From an uncultured virus (IMG/VR IMGVR_UViG_3300006737_000001) (Duplodnaviria; Heunggongvirae; Uroviricota; Caudoviricetes), in IMG/VR virus record IMGVR_UViG_3300006737_000001, positions 1 through 64,000 of that record: DNA of 64,000 nucleotides. One strand, written 5' to 3'. Below are positions 26,448 to 35,717 of the stretch, in pieces. Position numbers and translations under genes: made by a program. The notes under the pieces were generated by a model, which made no database searches, was not told the DNA's origin, and saw only the letters and a program-made list of their open reading frames with translations. Numbering within the stretch: the stretch's first letter is position 1; the number at the start of each line of letters is the position of its first letter.

Positions 26448-27053
26448 ATGAAAGAGATAATGGAAGAATATAGCACCACGTTCTTTGAATGTATGAGTGC
26501 GTGGCCAGATGATATCAAAGAAGATATATACAAACTATACGCATACCTCAGGGTATGTGATGAGATGGTTGAAGGTGAGAAGACTTTACATGACTTCAAA
26601 CATTGGAGGGAAGTCATAGAACAATTCTACGAAGTGAGTGATAAGTATCAGTTCGAAGGCGAGTGGCTCTCAGACTTTCACATAAGTATGTATCAAGACA
26701 TGGTGAAGAAAGAACATACTATAGTGTCTATGTTAGAATACTGTAAGGGTTCAGCTGAATCAGTTGGTATGATGATGTCAAAGATATTAGGATGTCACCC
26801 ACGCTGTGAGATACACGCCAGAGCATTAGGTAGAGCATTTCAAGTTATTAACTTCATACGAGATTATGATGAAGATGTAGATAATGGTTATCATTACATC
26901 ACAGATAACTTTAGTGCATATTTAGAAATATTTTATCAGGATTTAGATAACGGCATGGATGGAATAGATTATATACCTAAAGAGCTACAACCACCCATTC
27001 TTATGGCTGTAGAAAAATACATGGCTGTAGCTAAGAAAGTAAGTGAAGCCTAA
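26448..27053 (+). CDS. Squalene/phytoene synthase family protein
   Basis: LYAYLRVCDEMVE, YCKGSAESVG, ALGRAFQVINFIRDYDED. Confidence 0.82.
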   Translation: MKEIMEEYSTTFFECMSAWPDDIKEDIYKLYAYLRVCDEMVEGEKTLHDFKHWREVIEQFYEVSDKYQFEGEWLSDFHISMYQDMVKKEHTIVSMLEYCKGSAESVGMMMSKILGCHPRCEIHARALGRAFQVINFIRDYDEDVDNGYHYITDNFSAYLEIFYQDLDNGMDGIDYIPKELQPPILMAVEKYMAVAKKVSEA

Positions 27054-27294
27054 TTATTATAAAGTGTTGTGGCATAACTGTAATAGATGTCGCACCCATT
27101 ATACAAGTGAGGAACCACACATCAAAGCATACTTATGCGACGAGTGTTGGAAAGCAATACCTCATTACACAGTAAAAACAACTAAGAACATACCAAAAAA
27201 GAAAGGTGATATAAATATGAAGACAATAATATTATATACTATAGGTAATCTATTATGTTTAGGGGTAATCGCATATTATTTGTGGTTTAATTAA
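27043..27294 (+). CDS. Zinc-finger protein with C-terminal TM helix
   Basis: CNRC...CDEC; hydrophobic tail. Confidence 0.5.
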   Translation: MKPNYYKVLWHNCNRCRTHYTSEEPHIKAYLCDECWKAIPHYTVKTTKNIPKKKGDINMKTIILYTIGNLLCLGVIAYYLWFN

Positions 27295-27296
27295 TT

Positions 27297-27389
27297 ATGA
27301 GTGAATGTAATAGATGTTTTAAGAGAGCGTTCTTCGTCGGTATAGATGGAAGAAAGAGGTGTGTTCACTGCACACCATACAAAGAATAG
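27297..27389 (+). CDS. 30-aa zinc-finger microprotein
   Basis: MSECNRC...CVHC. Confidence 0.5.
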   Translation: MSECNRCFKRAFFVGIDGRKRCVHCTPYKE

Positions 27390-27506
27390 ATGGATATAAT
27401 ACCGTTAGAAATATCAATACGAGACCAACTGAGAGTGTATGCTATACAAGTCTCAGTTTACATTACCATAACCTTTATATAGGGAGGTGGTTTTGAATGA
27501 ATCAGA

Positions 27507-27821
27507 GTGATTAAAATGGATAGAACAAAACAAATCAACGCATTGATGGATGCTGTAAAGCATTATCAAAAGACAGGAAAGCACAAACAGGTTAGTATTC
27601 AATACAACCCTGTAAACAGAACACAGTTTGACTTCGCTTCATGGAAGCACAGTTCAGACAGTGACTCTGTAAGGAAAATCCTACCCGAAGACATTAGAAT
27701 GTCCTCAGAAGGTAACTTCTATGTAGTAGGTAAAGATAACAGATATAATCTAAAACAATATGCGTCTCAGTTCGCACAGAGACCACGTGCATATAGATTA
27801 GATAGGCTGGTAGTAAAATGA
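27507..27821 (+). CDS. Stand-alone WYL-domain-like protein
   Basis: VSIQY...R.ILP...FYVVGKD...RAYRLDRL; promoter at 27470-82. Confidence 0.65.
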   Translation: MIKMDRTKQINALMDAVKHYQKTGKHKQVSIQYNPVNRTQFDFASWKHSSDSDSVRKILPEDIRMSSEGNFYVVGKDNRYNLKQYASQFAQRPRAYRLDRLVVK

Positions 27822-27985
27822 AACAAGTAAGTAGTATAAAAAGAATAAGTGAATATAAGTCAGTATATATTCCAGATGTAATTTTGGAAGATATGAACAT
27901 GGGCAGTGGCGATAATGTCGTTTGGTTCCAGAATGATGATGGTCATTACCTCATCAAAAAAGTTCAAGTGGATATATTGGATTAA
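27818..27985 (+). CDS. AbrB/MazE/SpoVT-family DNA-binding protein
   Basis: Below track cut-off: SVYIPDVILEDMNMGSGDNVVWFQNDDGHYLIKK. Confidence 0.7.
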   Translation: MKQVSSIKRISEYKSVYIPDVILEDMNMGSGDNVVWFQNDDGHYLIKKVQVDILD

Positions 27986-27987
27986 AC

Positions 27988-28320
27988 ATGAATGAAATGT
28001 TAGAAGGCTTTCTAAGTAAAGCTAAAGATAATGAGTCAGCATTAGATTTGAAAGAACTTATGACAGCTGACGAATCTCTTCAGTGGGAAATATTAGTAAA
28101 AGCTATGGACTCTATCGATATTATGAATATAGGTAGAGACCTTGAAAAGATTACTAAAACATATCAGTTAGAGAAATGGCAAGAAATGTCTATCTTAGCT
28201 TATGTTAAAGTATTAGAGATGATGGTTAGACAGGCAAAAGAGAATACACCAGAAGCTTTCTCACCCGAAGCCCCACAACCACCTCAACACGATTCATACA
28301 CAGGAAGTATGTTCGGATGA
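27988..28320 (+). CDS. Hypothetical protein
   Basis: 110 aa in operon. Confidence 0.6.
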   Translation: MNEMLEGFLSKAKDNESALDLKELMTADESLQWEILVKAMDSIDIMNIGRDLEKITKTYQLEKWQEMSILAYVKVLEMMVRQAKENTPEAFSPEAPQPPQHDSYTGSMFG

Positions 28321-28430
28321 ACTGTGGCCTTTGTAAGTGGGAGTTGGCTCCAGAATATATTAAATATAGAGACGTCAATGGTAATCCATACTGTCAACAA
28401 TGTTATCAAATCATTGGAGGTCAGATATGA
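28317..28430 (+). CDS. 37-aa zinc-finger microprotein
   Basis: MNCGLC...CQQC; ATGA overlaps. Confidence 0.6.
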   Translation: MNCGLCKWELAPEYIKYRDVNGNPYCQQCYQIIGGQI

Positions 28431-28750
28431 ATGAAAGATGGGGAGCCTTTGACCGTATATGGGCTAAGGGTAAAACAGGTAAGATGGTTCAACGTCTCAA
28501 AGAGAAATGCATAATGAGGGGTTTAGAACCAACTGAGGAAAACTGTCGTGACTATTGGATGGGATATATTCGATATTATGTTGATGGTTGGACAGGACAG
28601 GGTCATCATGTGAACCCACGTAAAAACAAAATACTCATGAAACAACTAAAAAGGAATCAAAACAGTGACAATAGAAGAAGACAGAAAGGCGGAAGAAAAC
28701 CACCACACAAGATGGGCGGAAGAAATTCGCAAAAGAAACGCAACGTATAG
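28427..28750 (+). CDS. Hypothetical basic protein
   Basis: ATG 28427 with GGAGG SD. Confidence 0.55.
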   Translation: MNERWGAFDRIWAKGKTGKMVQRLKEKCIMRGLEPTEENCRDYWMGYIRYYVDGWTGQGHHVNPRKNKILMKQLKRNQNSDNRRRQKGGRKPPHKMGGRNSQKKRNV

Positions 28751-28931
28751 TGAAGAAAGTAATTGGTTTCCATTTGTTCAAAATATAGAAGATGTCTTAT
28801 CTAGAATAGATAAGATGTCAGAACGCTTTGATGATTTGGAAAACAAAATAGGAGAGACACAAGGTATGGTAAAGAACCTAAGAAAAATATTAATTAAGTT
28901 GGAGGTTATCGATGACAGATTCATCTTCTGA
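28665..28931 (+). CDS. Coiled-coil hypothetical protein
   Basis: 88 aa, heptad pattern. Confidence 0.5.
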   Translation: MTIEEDRKAEENHHTRWAEEIRKRNATYSEESNWFPFVQNIEDVLSRIDKMSERFDDLENKIGETQGMVKNLRKILIKLEVIDDRFIF

Positions 28932-29163
28932 ACCCGACATGGGTGAGATGGCTGGTCAGTTAATGATGGCTAAAATGGATGCAAGTAAGATGACACATCT
29001 TTTACGCATCGGGACATTTCAATTAGAGATAAATCCTACATCAGAAGTTGATGTAGAAAAATTCTTTAGTGAAACATTAGATAAATTAATCTCAGCATAT
29101 GGTGAAAAACTATTAGAGATTGATATCAAAACCGCTTCTGTGCACGGCACAATGCATGGATAA
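28912..29163 (+). CDS. Hypothetical protein
   Basis: 83 aa, GGAGG SD. Confidence 0.6.
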   Translation: MTDSSSEPDMGEMAGQLMMAKMDASKMTHLLRIGTFQLEINPTSEVDVEKFFSETLDKLISAYGEKLLEIDIKTASVHGTMHG

Positions 29164-29181
29164 TGAAAGGAGGAAATAAAT

Positions 29182-29388
29182 ATGGCAGAAAAAAATAGCT
29201 TAGAACTAACAGCCGGATTGTTCCGGAACACTGATAAGAACGGAAACATCTACTACTCAGGTAAGTCCGAAGGTGGAGATGAATATGTTATGTTCAGGAA
29301 TACCTATTGGAAAGAAGGAAGTAACAAACCATACTTCAGACTAATGAAAAGAACTGATGGAGCATCTACTCCAACAGTGGAGGACTAA
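29182..29388 (+). CDS. Small beta-rich protein (possible ssDNA-binding)
   Basis: GLFRNTDKNGNIYYSG...KPYFRL; strong SD. Confidence 0.55.
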   Translation: MAEKNSLELTAGLFRNTDKNGNIYYSGKSEGGDEYVMFRNTYWKEGSNKPYFRLMKRTDGASTPTVED

Positions 29389-29389
29389 A

Positions 29390-29761
29390 ATGTATGGAAG
29401 AGATGCAGACCGTATGATGGATATGTGGTTGGACTTACTATCACAGATAGAACAAGTTCCCTCAGGCCGTCATGCCCTATCTACACTAAGTAGAAAGGAT
29501 GTCTCAGTAAATGTAGAGAATGGCACCATAACAATCACAGCTGAATTAGCTGGTTTGGATAAAGAACAGGTTGATGTGGAAGTCAGTAGTAGAACAGTCA
29601 CTATCGTAGCCAACTCAGAGAGAAAGAACTTCAAATGGGAAGAGACTTTTCTATTTGAGTTAGACCCAGAGTCTACAAAAGCTACTATGGTGAATGGTAT
29701 ACTAGACTTAGTCATAGAAAAGAAAGTGAAGACATCAGCTAAGAAAGTAGAGATAGAATGA
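29390..29761 (+). CDS. Small heat-shock protein (Hsp20)
   Basis: AELAGLDKEQVDV...ATMVNGILDLVIEK alpha-crystallin motifs. Confidence 0.85.
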   Translation: MYGRDADRMMDMWLDLLSQIEQVPSGRHALSTLSRKDVSVNVENGTITITAELAGLDKEQVDVEVSSRTVTIVANSERKNFKWEETFLFELDPESTKATMVNGILDLVIEKKVKTSAKKVEIE

Positions 29762-30429
29762 GTAGAGACACAGATTGGTGCCAATCTACTAAAAGCGAGA
29801 GAGTTTGGTTATTAGACTCAATGACTGCTTTAGGACAATTTGCATTCATAGCCCCTATACACAGGGTAAAACATTGGAACCCCACTACCAAGAAAAGAAA
29901 TAAATGCTGGGCAAAAGAAGGTGAGTGTGTGTTTTGTAAGAATAGCACACCTAAGATAAATGAATTCACCTATGGGTTATACATATCGTCAGATAAGACT
30001 ATTAAATATCTCACGCTTACAGTAGCATCTCATACACAAGCACAACGTATTTTTTCTTCTTTGATAGAGAAAGGCATCAATCCTACTGATGTAGTCTTTG
30101 AATTTTCTTTTGGAAAAGTTAAGACTTCTTTCGGTAAGAGTGTCAATGGTTATCAGATAGAACAAACTGAGAACGAAGTATTCGTAGCTGAGAAGTTCAG
30201 ACCAAGTCTAACTAACAGCGAAGAACAATCATATACATGGACTGTACCAGAAGAGATAGTAGAGTATCTGAAAGATAAAGATGGAGAACCAATAACAATG
30301 ATAGATTTATTTTTATTGATGAAAGAACAATTCCCAGCAATAGAAGAGAAAGAACTTAAAAAGTATGCAGTAAAGTTATGTGAACATAATGTTCTCAACT
30401 TATTAAATGCGAGGCAGAAATGGATTTGA
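29758..30429 (+). CDS. Putative Zn-binding ssDNA-binding protein
   Basis: HW...C......CVFC; upstream of replication ATPase. Confidence 0.45.
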   Translation: MSRDTDWCQSTKSERVWLLDSMTALGQFAFIAPIHRVKHWNPTTKKRNKCWAKEGECVFCKNSTPKINEFTYGLYISSDKTIKYLTLTVASHTQAQRIFSSLIEKGINPTDVVFEFSFGKVKTSFGKSVNGYQIEQTENEVFVAEKFRPSLTNSEEQSYTWTVPEEIVEYLKDKDGEPITMIDLFLLMKEQFPAIEEKELKKYAVKLCEHNVLNLLNARQKWI

Positions 30430-30508
30430 TAGAGTATATAACAATAATAATGGTTGTAGATGGCCCTATACTAGGTGCCTTTTACTTTTTATATAGGAAA
30501 ATAACAAA

Positions 30509-31981
30509 ATGAAAAAATATGAAATATACGATTTGCTAAGATATTTTCACAATGCAAAGAAAAAAGACGGAACACTTTTCCCTATACTAGGAGAGGATTC
30601 GTTAGCTCTAACTACAAGTCTATCTTACTTGTTAGAAGATACTAACTTCTGTATCAAAGCATACAGTGGAACAGGTAAGACTGTATTGATGGAAGCTGTG
30701 GCAAACCTACTTCCAGAGGAGTATGTCTACTCAGTAGAACATATGTCAGAGACAGCAATATGGTATGACGAGGATAAAATCAACAAAGCTAGATTTGTTT
30801 TTATTCCAGAAGCACAAAAGATACCAGAGGGTGTCATGGAAATCATTAAAACATGGGCAGACGGGCGAACAGCCCAACGTAAAAAGACAGATGTTACTAT
30901 CAAGATGGCAGTAACACAGTGGTTAAAACCTAAATATGTTTTAATGGCAGTAGCAGTAGAGAATGATAAAGGTTCAGCTATGTTTGATGCTGAGTTAGAA
31001 CGTAGATGTATGATTATGCATACAAACCCTACAGTCAAACAGACAGAAAGAGTTATCAAACATAAACTTTTACATTCAGCTTCACCAAAAGCCTCTATGT
31101 CTTCAATGTCAGATAAAGAAATAAAAGATTTAAAGAAACACATACTAACTACATTGAGAGAAAGAGACGAAGATGATGCGACTGTATTAAAGAATCCATG
31201 CGCCCCATTTCTATTTGACGCAATACCATCAGCATTCCCTGTATCACGGTCGAAGGTTCAGTATCTATTGAAGTTGATTAATGCTATAGCAAGGTTTTAT
31301 CCAGATGAGATAGTTAAAGTCAAACAAGATGGTATACAATATGGACTAGTATCACCTAAACATAACTGGCTCGGACTGAGAATATATCTTAACTCATTTG
31401 TAGAAGAATGCTTACACATGCCAAGTCATGGAACAGACATACTTAAACTATTTCCCGAAACTAGATTAGATAGGTTTGGTTTTGCAGATAGTGAGACAGT
31501 TAAGATGTCAGAGAATGAATTGAAAAAGGCTGCTAAATCAGCTGGTCTACCATTTACCAAATTAAGACCAGTTATAGCAGGTTTAATGATGACAGGGTTC
31601 TTAGAGTGTGATGAAGAAGGAAGTAAAAAACTTTACTATAAGAGCCCACTCATTACAGAACCAGTATCAAAAATAAATTGGAGTGATTTAATTGAAGAAA
31701 CGAAAGAGTTTATACGAAAAGAGTGGCCTAAAGTATCTGATGAATACATTGGGCGCAGTTGTAGCAGTATCAGGATTGTTGACCCGTTTAGTGGGGACAA
31801 CATTGAACTGGGTGCGAGAGCAGAGACAGCGGTAGAAGTTGACACTGGTGATTATCCGTCAGTGTTCAAGTCTTCTAGTGACGCTAAGATTAAAGACTAC
31901 GAGTCTTTTCTACTAAATGCAGAGGGAGATTACAATGACGAAGAAGACAAAGCAGTCAGAGAATACTTTCAGAAGAAGTAG
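30509..31981 (+). CDS. AAA+ ATPase, putative replicative helicase
   Basis: Walker A AYSGTGKT, degenerate Walker B FIPE, ELERR arginine finger, C-terminal winged-helix-like region. Confidence 0.6.
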   Translation: MKKYEIYDLLRYFHNAKKKDGTLFPILGEDSLALTTSLSYLLEDTNFCIKAYSGTGKTVLMEAVANLLPEEYVYSVEHMSETAIWYDEDKINKARFVFIPEAQKIPEGVMEIIKTWADGRTAQRKKTDVTIKMAVTQWLKPKYVLMAVAVENDKGSAMFDAELERRCMIMHTNPTVKQTERVIKHKLLHSASPKASMSSMSDKEIKDLKKHILTTLRERDEDDATVLKNPCAPFLFDAIPSAFPVSRSKVQYLLKLINAIARFYPDEIVKVKQDGIQYGLVSPKHNWLGLRIYLNSFVEECLHMPSHGTDILKLFPETRLDRFGFADSETVKMSENELKKAAKSAGLPFTKLRPVIAGLMMTGFLECDEEGSKKLYYKSPLITEPVSKINWSDLIEETKEFIRKEWPKVSDEYIGRSCSSIRIVDPFSGDNIELGARAETAVEVDTGDYPSVFKSSSDAKIKDYESFLLNAEGDYNDEEDKAVREYFQKK

Positions 31982-32249
31982 ACTTCCTAAGCGAGATGAG
32001 ATGTTTGCAGTAGTCATAGAGATGTCAGGGGGTTCTAGAATGAGAGCCCTCTGTGCAGACAGTAAAACCCGCATGATTAGAATCGGTGGTAAACTGAAGA
32101 AAAGAATGTGGTGTAGAGAGAATGATTTAATTATAGTTAAGCCTTGGGTTATACAGAGTGACCAAAAGGCAGACTTAGTTTATAGGTATCTCCCTACTGA
32201 GAGAAAGAATATAAGTAAAAAAATACCAGAGGAGTTAAACATATGGTGA
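31935..32249 (+). CDS. eif1a: Translation initiation factor aIF-1A
   Basis: RLP...EMFAVV.EMSGGSR...IRIGGKLKKRMW.RENDLIIVKPW..Q..KADLVYRY. Confidence 0.9.
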   Translation: MTKKTKQSENTFRRSRLPKRDEMFAVVIEMSGGSRMRALCADSKTRMIRIGGKLKKRMWCRENDLIIVKPWVIQSDQKADLVYRYLPTERKNISKKIPEELNIW

Positions 32250-32563
32250 AAGGAATAGAAGCTACCTATTTGGATTTTACTCGCAAGACAGCGAAATATC
32301 CAAAGCGTAGAGAGAAAGAATACCTAATGATAGGTTTGATGAATGAGGCCGGAGAAGTCGGTGGTGCATTCAAAAAAGAAATACGAGATAGAGTAGACAA
32401 CACAGAACTCATTATAGATGAGATGGGTGATGTTTTATGGTATCTCCAGAGATTGTGTGATGTTTATGATATAAAGTTATCAGAACTCATGGTCAACAAT
32501 ATGGACAAACTATTTAATAGAATGTCACCGGAAGAAGCTGAAGCATTCAGAGAAGGCCAATGA
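32243..32563 (+). CDS. MazG-like NTP pyrophosphohydrolase
   Basis: GLMNEAGEV...KK..RD...DEMGDVLWY...NMDKL..R. Confidence 0.85.
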   Translation: MVKGIEATYLDFTRKTAKYPKRREKEYLMIGLMNEAGEVGGAFKKEIRDRVDNTELIIDEMGDVLWYLQRLCDVYDIKLSELMVNNMDKLFNRMSPEEAEAFREGQ

Positions 32564-32826
32564 CCAAAATACAAACAGCTGCATCTTCAAACCCCTCACT
32601 AACAGTGAGCACAGAAGATGAGAAAGAACAATGGATTCAAATACTTACAGCAGCTGCTAACTACCATTGGGATATGTCAGGTCAATTTGAACCTGATATT
32701 AAAACCTCAGACCAGAGTAGTGAGATGGAACAGGTAGCTAAGGTTCACAGAGGGTGGGCCAGAGCTATCCAAGAATCAGTTCAATTGATAAGATTTTGGA
32801 AAGCTGAGAAGGAAGAAGAAGAATGA
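32560..32826 (+). CDS. Hypothetical protein
   Basis: 88 aa, ATGA overlaps. Confidence 0.6.
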   Translation: MTKIQTAASSNPSLTVSTEDEKEQWIQILTAAANYHWDMSGQFEPDIKTSDQSSEMEQVAKVHRGWARAIQESVQLIRFWKAEKEEEE

Positions 32827-35057
32827 AAGTTCCCCTCATAGCTAGTATTAACAAACGCACAATCAACTTAACAGATAAATCTTTGATGGTCAAGATGTAT
32901 AGGAATGGTGAAGTCGACGCAGTTAAGTCACCTTACACACCATACTTCTATACTGAGGACGAAACGGGAGAAACGAAGAAACTCGTTGGTTCAGACAAAA
33001 CAGTGAACCTAAAGAAACACACCTACACACCGGGTAGAGACCACGTTCCTACCCACGCACTCTTTGATGGTGGAAGGGAAGCATTACTCGAAAGGTTATG
33101 CATAGAACATCCTAAGTTCTTTGCAGACTACCCTAACGACAAAGATGTAAAATGCCTAGTGTTCGATATAGAAACACACTCCCCAGATGGGACATTTCCT
33201 TTTGGAGAAAAGTATCCCATTGTTGCCATTGGCATTGTAACTTCTACTGGAGAGCGCAAAGTGTTCTTATGGGATAATGAGAAAGAAGATGATAAACAAC
33301 TATTATGGGACTTCGCTAATTATATACAAGATTATGACCCTGACATTATTACGGGGTGGAATCTTGTGGGTTATGATATTCCACAGATTCTCCACAGGGT
33401 TCGTTACAATCATATAAACGAGTCTCAGTATAAGAAACACCTGAACCGAGATGGTTCGGACTGGGGGTATGAACCACCCAAAGACAACAGAGAACTTAAG
33501 ATGAACGCTGGTGGTAGAGTCATACTAGACCTACTACGATGGGCTAGATTAGATTATAGTCTATCAGGATTACCACGTGGTCTCAAGCAAGTATCACAAG
33601 CATTCGGACTAGACCCTATCGAGCTCGACTTCGCACACAAAACTCTGATGGACTACTCACTACAAGAAATCGAAGACTACGTTCTGTCTGATGTGGACTG
33701 CACAATGTTTATGTATAACCACTACTTTCCACAAATACAATACGTAGCAGAGGTTCTCTGTGTCCCCTTAGCAACCTATATAAACGCCCCCAGTAGCTAC
33801 ATTACGAAAATTCTACAGGGCAGGTCTCTCTATGAGCAGGGCATAGTAGCGCTTGATAGAAATAGAGAGCGACATCCAGATATATTTAGATTTGATAAAG
33901 GTAATTATCAAGCTGCACACATTCAATTGTATAAGCCGGGCTTCGAAGCTAAGAACTTCAAGATTGATTTCAGTTCGTATTATCCCTCTATAGCGATGGC
34001 TCTCAACTTAGGGCCTGATACGACTAGAATCGTAGGCTATGACGACTATACACCAGACATAGAGTTTAAGGATGGAATCCTCTATGTTCCCGATAATAAA
34101 GTAGATAAAAGATTGATGGTCAAGATTGATAGAAGTAAGAACAGTTGTTTGTATGATATGTGTTCTACATTTAAAGAGATGCGTAAACCTTATAAACTTG
34201 GAAAGACTAAAGAGGACAAGAGTAAATCCGATGCTCTTAAAATAATGGTGAATACATTCTATGGTGCAAATGCTAATCCTTATATTTCTTACGGCGACAT
34301 GGCTGTGGGTATTACTATCACCGCGATGGCAAGGTTCCTCATTCTTTCAGCGGTCGATATCATCCGTGGCAGATATGGAAAAGATGCTGTGGTATATGTT
34401 CATACAGATGGGATTAATACTAATGTGGATGTGGACGAAAGATGGTTAACTAATAGGCTACGTAAACTTTTAGATTATAAATTAAATAGTCAGTGTGAAT
34501 CAGTTCATATAGATATGGATAAAGATGAATACCTCGAAGGAGTATGGATTCAGGTTGGTAATTATATATTGCGTAACTTGGATGGTAGTGTTACGAAGCA
34601 TGGAAGCACGTTTAAATCTAAGAGCCGCTCTATATTCTATAATAAGGTGTTAGATAGGTTATCCGACGCTCGGTTAAATAACACCGTTACAAATTCATTT
34701 GTAGATAAATTATATAACTTAGATGGATATGTATTAGAAGATTTTATTATGCGTAGGTCAACCAATAGAGGGTATGATGATTATAAATCAGATACCGATT
34801 TAACAGTTCAACTAATGAATCTAGGTATACAAATAGGAATGGAACCAGCAGAAGGAACTACTTACTTCTATGCTAAGACAAAGGAAGGTTATCGTCTTAA
34901 AGAACAAATCAAATCAGTTGATGAAATAGATATTACATACTATTGGGACACAATATCTAACCTATTAATTAAATTTAATTTAAAAGATTATGTAAAGAAG
35001 AAGCCACCTTTAACATTATTAGATAAAAAACAACAATCACTAGCGGAGTGGATATAA
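32823..35057 (+). CDS. polB: Family B DNA polymerase
   Basis: Exo DIET, WN..GYDI, Y...D; Pol DFSSYYPS, KIMVNTFYG, YVHTDG. Confidence 0.93.
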   Translation: MKVPLIASINKRTINLTDKSLMVKMYRNGEVDAVKSPYTPYFYTEDETGETKKLVGSDKTVNLKKHTYTPGRDHVPTHALFDGGREALLERLCIEHPKFFADYPNDKDVKCLVFDIETHSPDGTFPFGEKYPIVAIGIVTSTGERKVFLWDNEKEDDKQLLWDFANYIQDYDPDIITGWNLVGYDIPQILHRVRYNHINESQYKKHLNRDGSDWGYEPPKDNRELKMNAGGRVILDLLRWARLDYSLSGLPRGLKQVSQAFGLDPIELDFAHKTLMDYSLQEIEDYVLSDVDCTMFMYNHYFPQIQYVAEVLCVPLATYINAPSSYITKILQGRSLYEQGIVALDRNRERHPDIFRFDKGNYQAAHIQLYKPGFEAKNFKIDFSSYYPSIAMALNLGPDTTRIVGYDDYTPDIEFKDGILYVPDNKVDKRLMVKIDRSKNSCLYDMCSTFKEMRKPYKLGKTKEDKSKSDALKIMVNTFYGANANPYISYGDMAVGITITAMARFLILSAVDIIRGRYGKDAVVYVHTDGINTNVDVDERWLTNRLRKLLDYKLNSQCESVHIDMDKDEYLEGVWIQVGNYILRNLDGSVTKHGSTFKSKSRSIFYNKVLDRLSDARLNNTVTNSFVDKLYNLDGYVLEDFIMRRSTNRGYDDYKSDTDLTVQLMNLGIQIGMEPAEGTTYFYAKTKEGYRLKEQIKSVDEIDITYYWDTISNLLIKFNLKDYVKKKPPLTLLDKKQQSLAEWI

Positions 35058-35446
35058 TGCCAGCAAGAAAATATAAAGACCCGTTTGGTAGATTATGGTA
35101 TAATGTAAAGAAGAGTGCAGACTATGGACCTAAGGGTTATGCAGGTCAAAAGAAATTAAAACCTAACTATAAACCAAAGAAGATAGATTTCGATGCAGAT
35201 GATTTAAAAGATATATTTTTTAATAAACAGAATGGTAAGTGTTATTGGTTGAACATACCGTTAGACCCAGAATGGACTAATGTGTCATGGCACCCACTTG
35301 CATTAAGTGTAGATAGAATCCGTTGCGGAGAAGATTACACCAAAGACAATATTGTGATATGTTCTCGTATGTCCAATGTTGGTAGAAGCAAATATGACGA
35401 GGAAAAATTTAAGGAAGTAATATCTTATATCAAGGCAAATCTTTAA
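35057..35446 (+). CDS. HNH-like endonuclease
   Basis: Q.GKCYW...SVDRI....YTKDNIVIC....N. Confidence 0.65.
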   Translation: MPARKYKDPFGRLWYNVKKSADYGPKGYAGQKKLKPNYKPKKIDFDADDLKDIFFNKQNGKCYWLNIPLDPEWTNVSWHPLALSVDRIRCGEDYTKDNIVICSRMSNVGRSKYDEEKFKEVISYIKANL

Positions 35447-35517
35447 ATACTTCTGTAGGTAATAATTATATTAAGGACAGCTCGTTGCTGCTCCTTACCC
35501 CCGTGGGAAGTGATATA

Positions 35518-35712
35518 ATGGATGAAAAAGAAAGTAAACCGTTGTCAGCCTTTTTGTCTGACGCAGAAGTCAAAGTGGTTTGGCGTGAAGAAGAAAGAAC
35601 TAAAGTAGGAAGAGGAATGATAACGAATGATGATGAAAATTTTGTATACCTTACTGGAGAAAAGGGAACCGTTATTGTTAATAAAAGAGATATTATTGCT
35701 ATAAAACAATAG
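35518..35712 (+). CDS. Sm/Hfq-like (LSm fold) protein
   Basis: 64 aa from ATG 35518; AFL..AEVKVVW...GRGMITNDDENFVYL...TVIVNKRDIIAIK resembles the Sm1/Sm2 pattern. Confidence 0.55.
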   Translation: MDEKESKPLSAFLSDAEVKVVWREEERTKVGRGMITNDDENFVYLTGEKGTVIVNKRDIIAIKQ

Positions 35713-35717
35713 AGGAA

